A stretch of DNA of 64,000 nucleotides from Congzhengia sp. (GCA_045576635.1 JAZNGT010000038.1:1-64000); one strand, 5' to 3'. Numbered from the stretch's first letter, positions 56,761-64,000 are shown. The notes: generated from the sequence alone by a model not told the origin. Translations and numbers: made by a program.

Positions 56761-58035
56761 ATGCCATCCGATAACGAAATTTTATACCATTCCGTTACGC
56801 TTGACGAGCAAAAGTGTAAAGGGTGTACCGCCTGCTTAAAACGCTGTCCGACGGAGGCGATCCGTATTCGTGACGGCAAGGCGCATATTATAAAGGAACT
56901 TTGTATTGACTGCGGTGAGTGTATCCGCGTGTGTCCGTACCATGCCAAAAAAGCAGTGACGGATTCGTTTGAGGCTTTAAACCGATTCGAGTACAATATT
57001 GCAGTGCCTGCGCCCACGCTTTACGGGCAGTTTAACAATTTAAAAGACATCAATTACGTTTTAAACGGACTGTTACAAATCGGGTTTGACGATGTATACG
57101 AGGCGGCAAAGGCAACCGAGGCGGTAACCGATTATGCCAAAAAGTTATTAGACGAAGGGAAACTTTCACGCCCCGTTATAAACTCTGCGTGCCCTGCGGT
57201 GTTGCGTCTTATTACCGTTCGGTTTCCGAACCTTTTACAAAACATTCTTCCCGTGATTGCGCCCGTTGAGGCAGCGGCGATTGCAGCAAGGCGGAGTGCG
57301 GCAGAAAAAACGGGACTTTCAGAAGATAAAATCGGCGTGTTCTTTATTTCGCCCTGCGCCGCAAAGGCAACAACGGTGCAAAATCCGTTGGGACTGGAAA
57401 AATCCCCCATAAGCGGCGTGCTTTCGATGAAAGATGTATATATGCGTCTTTTGCCCGAAATGAAACGGTTAAAAGATGTGCAAAATTTAAGTAATTCATC
57501 CTTAGAGGGCATTAACTGGGCGCGTATCGGCGGCGAGATTAAGGCGCTAAAACACAAAAAATGTCTTTCCGTTGACGGCATTGACAACATCATCGCGCTC
57601 TTTGAAGAAATTGAAGACGATGAAACGCTCGATATTGATTTTATCGAGGCACTTTCGTGTGACGGCGGTTGTGTAAGCGGTCCTTTAACCGTAGAAAACG
57701 GCTACGTTGCGAAGATGCGCGTGGTCGAAATCGGAAAAGAACAAAACGAAAAGGGCATTTTAAGAACGCCCGTTGCGATTTCGGATGAAGAACTTCACTG
57801 GAATGCGCCCGTTTGCTATCGCGACGGTCAGCATCTGGACGAAGATTTTTCCGTGGCGCTTTTAAAGATGGAAAAAATGGAACAGATTTATGAAAAACTT
57901 CCGCACACCGATTGCGGTTCGTGCGGAGCGCCCACCTGCAAGTGTTTTGCAGAAGACATTGTGCGCGGTGTGGCAGAAGAGGGCGACTGTATTTATAAGA
58001 TGCGTGAGGCGCTCGCCAAAAAAGAAGATGCGTAA
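56761..58035 (+). CDS. [FeFe]-hydrogenase-like protein with degenerate H-cluster motifs (putative sensory/regulatory hydrogenase homolog)
   Basis: N-terminal 2x[4Fe-4S] ferredoxin domain (CKGCTACLKRCP, CIDCGECIRVCP). H-cluster-domain homologs of L1/L2/L3: NSACPAV (TSCCP with the proton-relay Cys replaced by Ala), SPCAAKA, EALSCDGGCVSGP. An extra C-terminal CGSCGAPTCKC..GDC cluster. Confidence 0.6.
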   Translation: MPSDNEILYHSVTLDEQKCKGCTACLKRCPTEAIRIRDGKAHIIKELCIDCGECIRVCPYHAKKAVTDSFEALNRFEYNIAVPAPTLYGQFNNLKDINYVLNGLLQIGFDDVYEAAKATEAVTDYAKKLLDEGKLSRPVINSACPAVLRLITVRFPNLLQNILPVIAPVEAAAIAARRSAAEKTGLSEDKIGVFFISPCAAKATTVQNPLGLEKSPISGVLSMKDVYMRLLPEMKRLKDVQNLSNSSLEGINWARIGGEIKALKHKKCLSVDGIDNIIALFEEIEDDETLDIDFIEALSCDGGCVSGPLTVENGYVAKMRVVEIGKEQNEKGILRTPVAISDEELHWNAPVCYRDGQHLDEDFSVALLKMEKMEQIYEKLPHTDCGSCGAPTCKCFAEDIVRGVAEEGDCIYKMREALAKKEDA

Positions 58036-58050
58036 AAAAGGGGAGATACG

Positions 58051-58377
58051 ATGCGAATCAGTGAACTAAAAGATGCGCTTTCGCTTAATGTTTGCGCAAA
58101 AGGCGCAACAGACAGAGAAATTACGGGCTGTTATATCGGCGATATGCTGAGCGTGGTAATGTCGCGCGCAGAAGAAGGCGATATATGGCTTACCGTGCAG
58201 ACAAACGTCAATATTGCAGCGGTTTCGGTGCTTTGCGGGGTTGCGTGCATCATTACGGTTGAGGGCATGGTACCCGATCAAGAAACAATCGAAAAAGCAG
58301 AAAAGGAAGATGTAACGATTTTTACATCGTCCGAGACGGCGTATGAACTCGCCGCCAAAATAAAGGAACTTTTATGA
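58051..58377 (+). CDS. DRTGG-domain protein
   Basis: 108 aa. Paralog of 55952..56305. Confidence 0.55.
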   Translation: MRISELKDALSLNVCAKGATDREITGCYIGDMLSVVMSRAEEGDIWLTVQTNVNIAAVSVLCGVACIITVEGMVPDQETIEKAEKEDVTIFTSSETAYELAAKIKELL

Positions 58378-59087
58378 TTTGTTATTGCGATTTGCATCTG
58401 CATTCTGCACTTTCTCCCTGCGGCGACTCTGATATGACGCCGAATAACATTGTGAATATGGCGGCTCTTTGCGGTCTTGATTTTATTGCCGTTACCGACC
58501 ACAACACCGTGGGAAATGTCGGCGCTGTGATGCGTGTGGCAGAAGAAAAAGGCGTTTTGGTTGTGCCTGGAATGGAACTTGAAACCGCAGAAGAGGCGCA
58601 TTTTGTCTGCCTGTTCGAGACGCTTTCGCAGGCAGAGGCGTTTGAGGCATGGCTTTCGCCTTACCGCTTAAACATAAAAAATAAGGTATCGCTCTACGGC
58701 GAACAGCAGTATTTAAACGAAAAAGACGAAGTGGTAGGAGTGGAAGAGCGCCTTTTGGTAACTGCCGCGACGTGCTCGGTGTATGACGCTGCGCCGCAAG
58801 TAAAATCGCTTGGCGGTGTGATGATTCCCGCGCATGTCGATAAAACGTCGTACAGCGTGATTCAAAGTCTTGGTACGGTGCCATCGGATTTGGGATTTAC
58901 TACGGTCGAGATTTCGAAAAACATCACAAAAAAAGAGGCGATAGAAAAATTTCCGTATCTTTCGGAATTTTCTCTTATTACCAATTCGGATTCGCATTAT
59001 TTAGATTCATTTTATGAAACAGAAAACCCTATTTGTGTAGAAGAAAAAACAATAAAATCATTGATAGATGCGCTAAAAAGAAAATAA
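58374..59087 (+). CDS. PHP-domain metal-dependent phosphoesterase
   Basis: N-terminal CDLHLHSALSPCGD and VTDHNT PHP metal-ligand motifs. 237 aa. Confidence 0.65.
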   Translation: MICYCDLHLHSALSPCGDSDMTPNNIVNMAALCGLDFIAVTDHNTVGNVGAVMRVAEEKGVLVVPGMELETAEEAHFVCLFETLSQAEAFEAWLSPYRLNIKNKVSLYGEQQYLNEKDEVVGVEERLLVTAATCSVYDAAPQVKSLGGVMIPAHVDKTSYSVIQSLGTVPSDLGFTTVEISKNITKKEAIEKFPYLSEFSLITNSDSHYLDSFYETENPICVEEKTIKSLIDALKRK

Positions 59088-59126
59088 AATTCCGCATACA
59101 TTGCTTTGTATGCGGAATTTTTTTGC
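59088..59126 (+). terminator. rho-independent terminator
   Basis: ATTCCGCATACA-TTGCTT-TGTATGCGGAAT followed by TTTTTTTG. Confidence 0.7.
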
Positions 59127-59242
59127 CCTTTTTCGCCTTGCTTTGTCGAAACATTGCCTGTATGCGCTGCCAAATATTTACATTTTTTTCAAGATAATTG
59201 GTATATAATGGAAATCAAATAAGAGTTGGAGGCATACATAAG

Positions 59243-61588
59243 ATGAAACACGAACTCAACACACCGCTTCGTCCAGGGGCGTTTTTTCAGAAACTCAATT
59301 TAAAAGATGTGTTAAAAGGCATGCGAAAAAGCGAACTTTTTGAGGGCGTTCTGGTTTTTTTGCTTTCCAGAATCTGCTTTGACGGGTATTTAATCTCGCC
59401 GTTCGGACTTCCGTTTTTTGCTGCCGTTTTCCAAAAAAAGCACCACCCAATTGCACTCCTTTCTGCGCTTTTGGGTATGTGGTCATTGGGGTATGTGTCG
59501 TTTTCTTTAAAATACAGCGGTGCGCTCGTGATTTTAACCGCATTTTTAACGCTGTTTCAAAAGGAACTTTCAGGAAAGACACTTCTAACAGCACTTGCCG
59601 TTTCGCTTTCCTTATTTTTAAACGGCTTGGTGTACGTGTTCACAGAAGGCGTATTTCTTTATGACACGATGCTCCTTTTGTTTGAGTGCGGTGTTGCGTT
59701 TTTGTCGTTTTTTGCAATGCAAAAGACGGCGACTCTTCTGTTTTCCTTACAAAAAAGGACACGTTTTCATCCTACGGAACTCGTAAGTCTTGTTCTTACG
59801 TTTGGCGCAGTGGTGTTAAGTTTAGCGCTTACGGAGAATCTTCTTCCGCTTGCGCACGTTTTTGCGATTACGTTTTTGCTCGCGCTCTCGGTTGCGGGCG
59901 GCGTTTCCATTTCCTCTCCCGCAGGCGCGGTGATGGGACTTTCTGTCTCGCTTGCATCCGTTTACCAGCCACAGACGGTTTGCGTTTATTGTCTTGCCTC
60001 TTTTGCATCAGGACTTTTTTCGCGGTTCGGAAGAGTAGGAGTGACCTTAGCCTTTGCCGTTATGAGTGCGTTTTCGACTATCTTTTTGTGCCCCGAAATG
60101 AGCGGGATTATCACGGTTTCGTATGTGGCGCTTTCAGGCGTGGTACTTTTGTTTTTGCCCGACCGCATTTTCAGATATCTTGGGCTTATGGAGCGCTCTT
60201 TAAAAGAAGAAATCAAACTCGGTGCGCGCTACCGCGATGCCGTAGAGAATACGCTTTCGGAGACAATTGACGCAGTTGAGTCGGTAAGCGGAATCTTTCA
60301 CGAGGTGACAGATTCGTATTTTGATGAAAGCAAAAATTACGAGGCGAAAATCTTTGACGAAACTGCCGACAGCGTGTGCAAGCAGTGTTCGCTTTGCAAG
60401 TTCTGCTGGGAAAAATCAAGAGAAGAAACCGTGCCCTTAATGAACGAAATGTATGATATTTTAGAAAAAAAGCATACCCTTTTAAAAGGCGATGCACCGC
60501 AGGCGTTTTTGGATATGTGCATCAGAAAAGATGCGTTTTTGGCGCATCTTAACAAAAATTACGAGGCGTTTAAAATCACACGAATGTGGGCAGGAAAGGT
60601 GCTGCAGAGCAAGCGCTTAGTTGCAGAACAGTTTGAAAGCGTTTCGATGATACTGAAAAATGTAAAGGAACGCCTGATAGAAAAAATGCACGCAGAACCT
60701 CAGTTGGAACAAAAAATCCAAACGGCATTAGACGTTCGCGGTGTTTCTGCCGCAAAGGTTTCGGTTCTTTCGGGAGACGGGCTTTCGGTACGGCTCGACA
60801 AGGTAAGTTGCGGTGAAAATTTTGAGTGTCAGCACCTTGTAAAAAGTGCCGTTTCCGAAGTGCTGAAAGTCCCCGTAACGCAGGAAAAAAGAGAGTGCAA
60901 AAGCGATATTTGTCATCTTTCGTATGCACAGAAAACAAAATTTTCGTATGATGTTGCGGTTTCTTTTAAACCGCGTGCGTTTTCAACAGAATCGGGCGAC
61001 AGTGTACTTTCGTTCCCAATGGAAAACGGTAAAGTGGCGCTCATTTTATCAGACGGCATGGGCAGCGGAAAAGAAGCGCATTTTCAGAGCCATATCACGA
61101 CAAAACTTGCCAAAAAGATGCTTTGTGCAGGTTTTGAAAAAGAGACAGTCGTAAAAATGATTAACAATATTTTAATGATGGATACCGACAAAGATTCGTT
61201 TGCGACCATTGATTTGTGTATTTTAAATCTTTACACGGGCACGTTGGAATTTGTAAAAACGGGCGCAGTAAATTCGTACATAAAAAGCGAAAACGGGGTA
61301 GAGGAAGTAGTCGCATCCTCTCTTCCCGCAGGGCTTGTTTCAGAAGTTTCGCCCGACTTTTCTGTGCATTATCTTTCAAAAGGCAATTTTGTGGTTTTGG
61401 CATCGGACGGCGTGACAGATGCACTGGAAAGCGATGAAAAAAGCAAGATAAGTGAAATTTTAGCAGGATTTAAAGGGACTGCAAAAGAACTTTCTGACCG
61501 CATTTTAGATGTCGCGGTAAAAGAATCGGGAGGCTTACCCGCAGACGATTTAACCGTTATGGTACTTTCGGTTTTGGAAAATGCGTAG
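59243..61588 (+). CDS. spoIIE: SpoIIE-family membrane PP2C serine phosphatase (stage II sporulation protein E-like)
   Basis: GGAGG RBS. About 10 N-terminal TM segments, a central regulatory region, and a C-terminal PP2C domain (ILSDGMGSGKEAHFQS, DLCILNLYTG, LASDGVTD, DDLTVMVL). 781 aa. Confidence 0.65.
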   Translation: MKHELNTPLRPGAFFQKLNLKDVLKGMRKSELFEGVLVFLLSRICFDGYLISPFGLPFFAAVFQKKHHPIALLSALLGMWSLGYVSFSLKYSGALVILTAFLTLFQKELSGKTLLTALAVSLSLFLNGLVYVFTEGVFLYDTMLLLFECGVAFLSFFAMQKTATLLFSLQKRTRFHPTELVSLVLTFGAVVLSLALTENLLPLAHVFAITFLLALSVAGGVSISSPAGAVMGLSVSLASVYQPQTVCVYCLASFASGLFSRFGRVGVTLAFAVMSAFSTIFLCPEMSGIITVSYVALSGVVLLFLPDRIFRYLGLMERSLKEEIKLGARYRDAVENTLSETIDAVESVSGIFHEVTDSYFDESKNYEAKIFDETADSVCKQCSLCKFCWEKSREETVPLMNEMYDILEKKHTLLKGDAPQAFLDMCIRKDAFLAHLNKNYEAFKITRMWAGKVLQSKRLVAEQFESVSMILKNVKERLIEKMHAEPQLEQKIQTALDVRGVSAAKVSVLSGDGLSVRLDKVSCGENFECQHLVKSAVSEVLKVPVTQEKRECKSDICHLSYAQKTKFSYDVAVSFKPRAFSTESGDSVLSFPMENGKVALILSDGMGSGKEAHFQSHITTKLAKKMLCAGFEKETVVKMINNILMMDTDKDSFATIDLCILNLYTGTLEFVKTGAVNSYIKSENGVEEVVASSLPAGLVSEVSPDFSVHYLSKGNFVVLASDGVTDALESDEKSKISEILAGFKGTAKELSDRILDVAVKESGGLPADDLTVMVLSVLENA

Positions 61589-61646
61589 GAACACTTTTTC
61601 TTTTTGCGCATAGTATGTAGTACAAAGAAAAAGGGAGGGCACCAAA

Positions 61647-61793
61647 ATGTGGCTTAAATACAGAATTTGGTCGATTGTGTGCGGTGCATTTTGTCTGGGG
61701 ATTTTTGCAGGACTTTTGCTGCCTCCGATGTTTTTGGTTGTCATAGAGGGCGTTCTTTTGCTTTTTGTGGCGATTTGCAAACTGTGCGGTTAG
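61647..61793 (+). CDS. 48-aa hydrophobic small membrane protein (hypothetical)
   Basis: AAGGGAGGG RBS 7 nt upstream. Sequence MWLKYRIWSIVCGAFCLGIFAGLLLPPMFLVVIEGVLLLFVAICKLCG. Found by hand; it is below the ORF-track length cutoff. Confidence 0.35.
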   Translation: MWLKYRIWSIVCGAFCLGIFAGLLLPPMFLVVIEGVLLLFVAICKLCG

Positions 61794-61811
61794 ATAGAAA
61801 GGAGCAAGTTT

Positions 61812-61886
61812 ATGAAGGTTGTAGTACTTACATTACCAAAGGCAATTACGGGGATTTTAAAAAGCATTTTTAAAATGAAAGACTAA
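61812..61886 (+). CDS. 24-aa small peptide ORF (hypothetical)
   Basis: GGAGCAAG RBS. Sequence MKVVVLTLPKAITGILKSIFKMKD. Immediately followed by an intrinsic terminator. Confidence 0.2.
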   Translation: MKVVVLTLPKAITGILKSIFKMKD

Positions 61887-61887
61887 A

Positions 61888-61921
61888 AAGAAGGAGTCAC
61901 TTTTAAGTGACTCTTTTTTTA
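61888..61921 (+). terminator. rho-independent terminator (GAGTCACTT-TTAA-AAGTGACTC)
   Basis: Perfect 9-bp stem followed by TTTTTTT. The identical hairpin recurs at 63358-63377. Confidence 0.65.
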
Positions 61922-62040
61922 TGCTGTCTTTTTTTCATTTTCGCACAAAAAAACGCTTATAGTCGGTATTGTGACTATAAGCCATCCGGAGTGGAAAAAC
62001 GAATGGAACAAGCGCTTTTTGCTGCGCGGAAACGTTTTTT

Positions 62041-62064
62041 GTACTTTTGGCATGACAAAAGTAC
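62041..62064. repeat. short hairpin repeat R1 (GTACTTTTG-GCATGA-CAAAAGTAC)
   Basis: Perfect 9-bp stem. Further copies lie at 62471-62494, 62643-62666, 63311-63334 and 35746-35768. Confidence 0.7.
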
Positions 62065-62093
62065 AAAGAATTTACTTGAAAACGCTTTTTCTA

Positions 62094-62135
62094 TGCCCTT
62101 TTGTTTCGACAAAGACACGAAAACCATTTCGCGCA
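62094..62135. repeat. short hairpin repeat R2 (GCCCTTTTGTTTCGrCAAArGrC...GAAAACCATTTCGCGC)
   Basis: Further copies at 62553-62596, 62697-62737 (perfect stem GCCCTTTTG/CAAAAGGGC) and 35621-35680. Confidence 0.6.
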
Positions 62136-62153
62136 ATCAGGAAAGAAAAGAAT

Positions 62154-62494
62154 TTTTACTTGTTACTACGCGGAAACAAATGGGACACCGTATTTCACAC
62201 AAAACTGACGCGTTGGGTGAAAATGCGCTCAAAAACGCGATGGTTTATCCCGAAAGATGCCGTATGTAAGGCAAAACCGAGGTGTCAAAAAGTTCCCCTA
62301 GCCGACCCTCGGTTTTAGATGGACCTGAGCGCATATATATGCGCGAATGTTCTCGTGCCTTACATAAGGCATTACCTCGTGTGTTTAAAAAGTGCAAAAT
62401 ACTTACGGTTTTTGACAAGAAAACAAAGCGGCATAAATCGAGCGCTTTTTGCCGCGCAGATACGCTTTTGGTACTTTTGGCACGACAAAAGTAC
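62154..62494. repeat. ~345-bp structured repeat element, copy 1
   Basis: About 97% identical to 62991-63334. Internal nested palindromes include a 17-bp outer stem ATGCCGTATGTAAGGCA/TGCCTTACATAAGGCAT, AAAACCGAGG/CCTCGGTTTT, and GCGCATATATATGCGC. Confidence 0.7.
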
Positions 62495-62610
62495 GGAGAA
62501 AAGATATATACAAAATAAAAAAGCGCTGCTTTAAACGTGACTCTCGTTTTATGCCCTTTTGTTTCGACAAAGACACGAAAACCATTTCGCGCAAACAGTA
62601 AAGAAAAGAA

Positions 62611-62666
62611 TTTTTACTTGTTACCACGCGGATACGCTTTTGGTACTTTTGGCATGACAAAAGTAC
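62611..62666. repeat. short 'empty-site' version of the 345-bp element (5' and 3' ends joined without the ~286-bp core)
   Basis: TTTTTACTTGTTACCACGCGGA | TACGCTTTTGGTACTTTTGGCATGACAAAAGTAC. Confidence 0.55.
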
Positions 62667-62990
62667 AAAGAATTTACTTGAAAACGCTTTTTCTATGCCC
62701 TTTTGTTTCGGCAAAAGGGCGAAAACCATTTCGCGCCACAGCAAACAAATGATTGATAGCCACATATCGCACAAAGTGGTGGTATATAAAAAGCGAAACG
62801 GCGTGTTTTCTGCGAGCCCCCTGCGGTTTGCGGCACGGGCAGATGCAAAAGACTCACTTTTGCAACTGCCCTAAAATCGGGGGTCAGCAAAGGAAACCGA
62901 TACCACCCGATTTTACACGCACACCGCAGGCGGAATAATCAATCAATTCATTTGCTAAGGCGCATCGGAGCGCAATAATTAAAGATAAGA

Positions 62991-63334
62991 GTTTTTACTT
63001 GTTACCACGCGGAAACAAACGGGACACCGTATTTCACACAAAACTGACGCGTTGGGTGAAAATGCGCTCAAAAACGCGATGGTTTATCCCGAAAGATGCC
63101 GTATGTAAGGCAAAACCGAGGCGTCAAAAAGTTCCCCTAGCCGACCCTCGGTTTTAGATGGACCTGAGCACATATATATGTGCGAATGTTCTCGTGCCTT
63201 GCATACGGCATTACCACGTGTGTTTAAAAAGTGCAAAATACTTACGGTTTTTGACAAGAAAACAAAGCGGCATAAATCGAGCGCTTTTTGCTGCGCAGAA
63301 ACGCTTTTGGTACTTTTGGCATGACAAAAGTACG
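62991..63334. repeat. ~345-bp structured repeat element, copy 2
   Basis: Direct repeat of copy 1, with compensatory changes in the stems (GCACATATATATGTGC here versus GCGCATATATATGCGC in copy 1). Confidence 0.7.
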
Positions 63335-63354
63335 GAGAAAAACACGAAAAAGAA

Positions 63355-63385
63355 AAAGAGTCACTTTTAAGTGACTCTTTTCGTT
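63355..63385. terminator. second copy of the GAGTCACTT-TTAA-AAGTGACTC hairpin
   Basis: Identical stem-loop to 61894-61913, followed by TTTTCGTTTTG. It could terminate either convergent unit. Confidence 0.45.
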
Positions 63386-63410
63386 TTGCTTTGCGCGGTC
63401 GGCACCATTT

Positions 63411-64000
63411 TTACATCTCAACAGGCGTAACATTCCAGATATTTTTAGCATAATCCGTTACGCTTCTGTCTGATGCAAACACGCCCGCATTTGCGATGTT
63501 TTTAAGCGACATATTGAAAAACCGTGTTTTATCGGCGTACGCTTCGTTTACCGTAACGTGCGCGTTTTTATACGATTCAAAGTCTGCCATGTTCATATAC
63601 GGGTCGGAAGTTATCAGGTAGTTTACGATGCTGTCAAAGTTTTTGCCGCCGATGCCGCCCGATTTGATAAATTCTAAAACATCACGAAGTGCGGCAGACG
63701 CATCGATATACGCTTTCGGGTTGTAGCCTTGGCTGTAAAGGGCATTTACTTCGTCTTTGGTAAGACCGAAAATAAAGATGTTTTCTTTGCCTACTGCATC
63801 TAAAATCTCAACATTTGCGCCGTCTAATGTGCCGAGCGTTACGGCGCCGTTTAACATCAGTTTCATATTACCCGTACCGGACGCTTCTTTTCCTGCCTGC
63901 GAAATCTGTTCGCTGATGTCTGCCGCAGGAATGATAATTTCGGCAAGCGAAACTTTATAATCTGCCACGAACACCACTTTGATAAAGTCGCGCACATCGG
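63411..64000 (-). CDS. glgP: glycogen/alpha-glucan phosphorylase, C-terminal part (gene continues beyond the window end)
   Basis: PLP-site motif EASGTGNMKLMLNGAVTLGTLDGANVE. The ORF remains open at the window end. Confidence 0.8.
   Translation of the reverse strand, partial: DVRDFIKVVFVADYKVSLAEIIIPAADISEQISQAGKEASGTGNMKLMLNGAVTLGTLDGANVEILDAVGKENIFIFGLTKDEVNALYSQGYNPKAYIDASAALRDVLEFIKSGGIGGKNFDSIVNYLITSDPYMNMADFESYKNAHVTVNEAYADKTRFFNMSLKNIANAGVFASDRSVTDYAKNIWNVTPVEM

Noticed and set aside
61907-63370. ORF-track proteins inside the repeat zone (61907..62269, 61971..62318, 62319..62534, 62403..62774, 63158..63370), including two near-identical 70-aa MDLS(A/T)YICANVL... products
   Set aside because: They lie entirely within duplicated hairpin-rich DNA. 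The protein identity simply mirrors the DNA repeat. They have no RBS and show low-complexity, Lys/Phe-rich translation. The variation between copies preserves DNA/RNA stems rather than codons.
1-64000. Looked for CRISPR arrays, integrases/transposases, prophage blocks and restriction-modification genes
   Set aside because: None were found. The only repeats are the irregular palindromic elements at 35.6 kb and 61.9-63.4 kb, which lack the regular repeat-spacer periodicity of CRISPR, and no recombinase is present.

Overview
This 64 kb chromosomal window comes from a low-GC, Gram-positive anaerobe. Its gene content looks Clostridia-like: an Rnf complex, HydG/HydF hydrogenase maturases, rubrerythrin with PerR, an S-layer-homology (SLH) anchored surface protein, spoIIE, and the ylxM-ffh-rpsP cluster. 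Almost everything is tightly packed on the + strand, with a few minus-strand units.

Gene order, left to right:
- 0-5 kb: tRNA-Asn; a SPFH/zinc-ribbon fusion protein with small membrane partners; a divergent XRE regulator plus a 77-aa small protein; a ribbon-helix-helix (RHH) plus DUF975 membrane-protein pair.
- 5-11 kb: an acyl-CoA synthetase followed by a 1331-aa SLH-anchored tandem SGNH surface protein.
- 11-15 kb: class II fructose-bisphosphate aldolase, then an operon of SDR, galactokinase-family GHMP kinase and nucleotidyltransferase.
- 15-24 kb: a run of transporters (TAXI-TRAP, SstT-like, CPA2, ClC, NSS), each with its own sigma70-type promoter.
- 24-28 kb: a TM1266-like regulator, hydG, hydF and a flavin reductase-rubredoxin fusion.
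- 28-36 kb: a complete his operon, yerC-hisZGDCBHAF-IE.
- 36-38 kb, minus strand: ylxM-ffh-rpsP-KH.
- 38-41 kb: a NifU-like plus GGGtGRT protein pair, and a second XRE plus 77-aa small-protein module.
- 41-46 kb: rnfCDGEAB.
- 46-54 kb: a SLOG/DUF1273-like gene, XRE and PepSY genes, and the aromatic amino acid operon pheA-aroB-aroA-tyrA-DAHP synthase.
- 54-59 kb: a perR-rubrerythrin operon; a cluster of CpsB-like PHP phosphatase, DRTGG, GHKL kinase, a degenerate [FeFe]-hydrogenase-like protein, DRTGG, PHP and spoIIE.
- 62-63.4 kb: a hairpin-dense repeat region, then the 3' end of a minus-strand glycogen phosphorylase gene.

No integrase, transposase or CRISPR array was seen.

The most notable observations are:
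- A Phe/Tyr-rich leader peptide with a textbook four-segment attenuator in front of the aromatic operon.
- A structured ~345-bp repeat element that carries compensatory substitutions in its stems and has an apparent empty-site copy nearby.
- A related short-hairpin repeat family at two loci.
- Two paralogous modules of an XRE regulator with a 77-aa small protein ending in RHDF.
- A putative sensory hydrogenase-like protein wired into a partner-switching module directly upstream of spoIIE.
- An identical 23-bp Fur/PerR-type box at the perR promoter and inside another gene.
- A NifU-like/GGGtGRT gene pair of unknown function.
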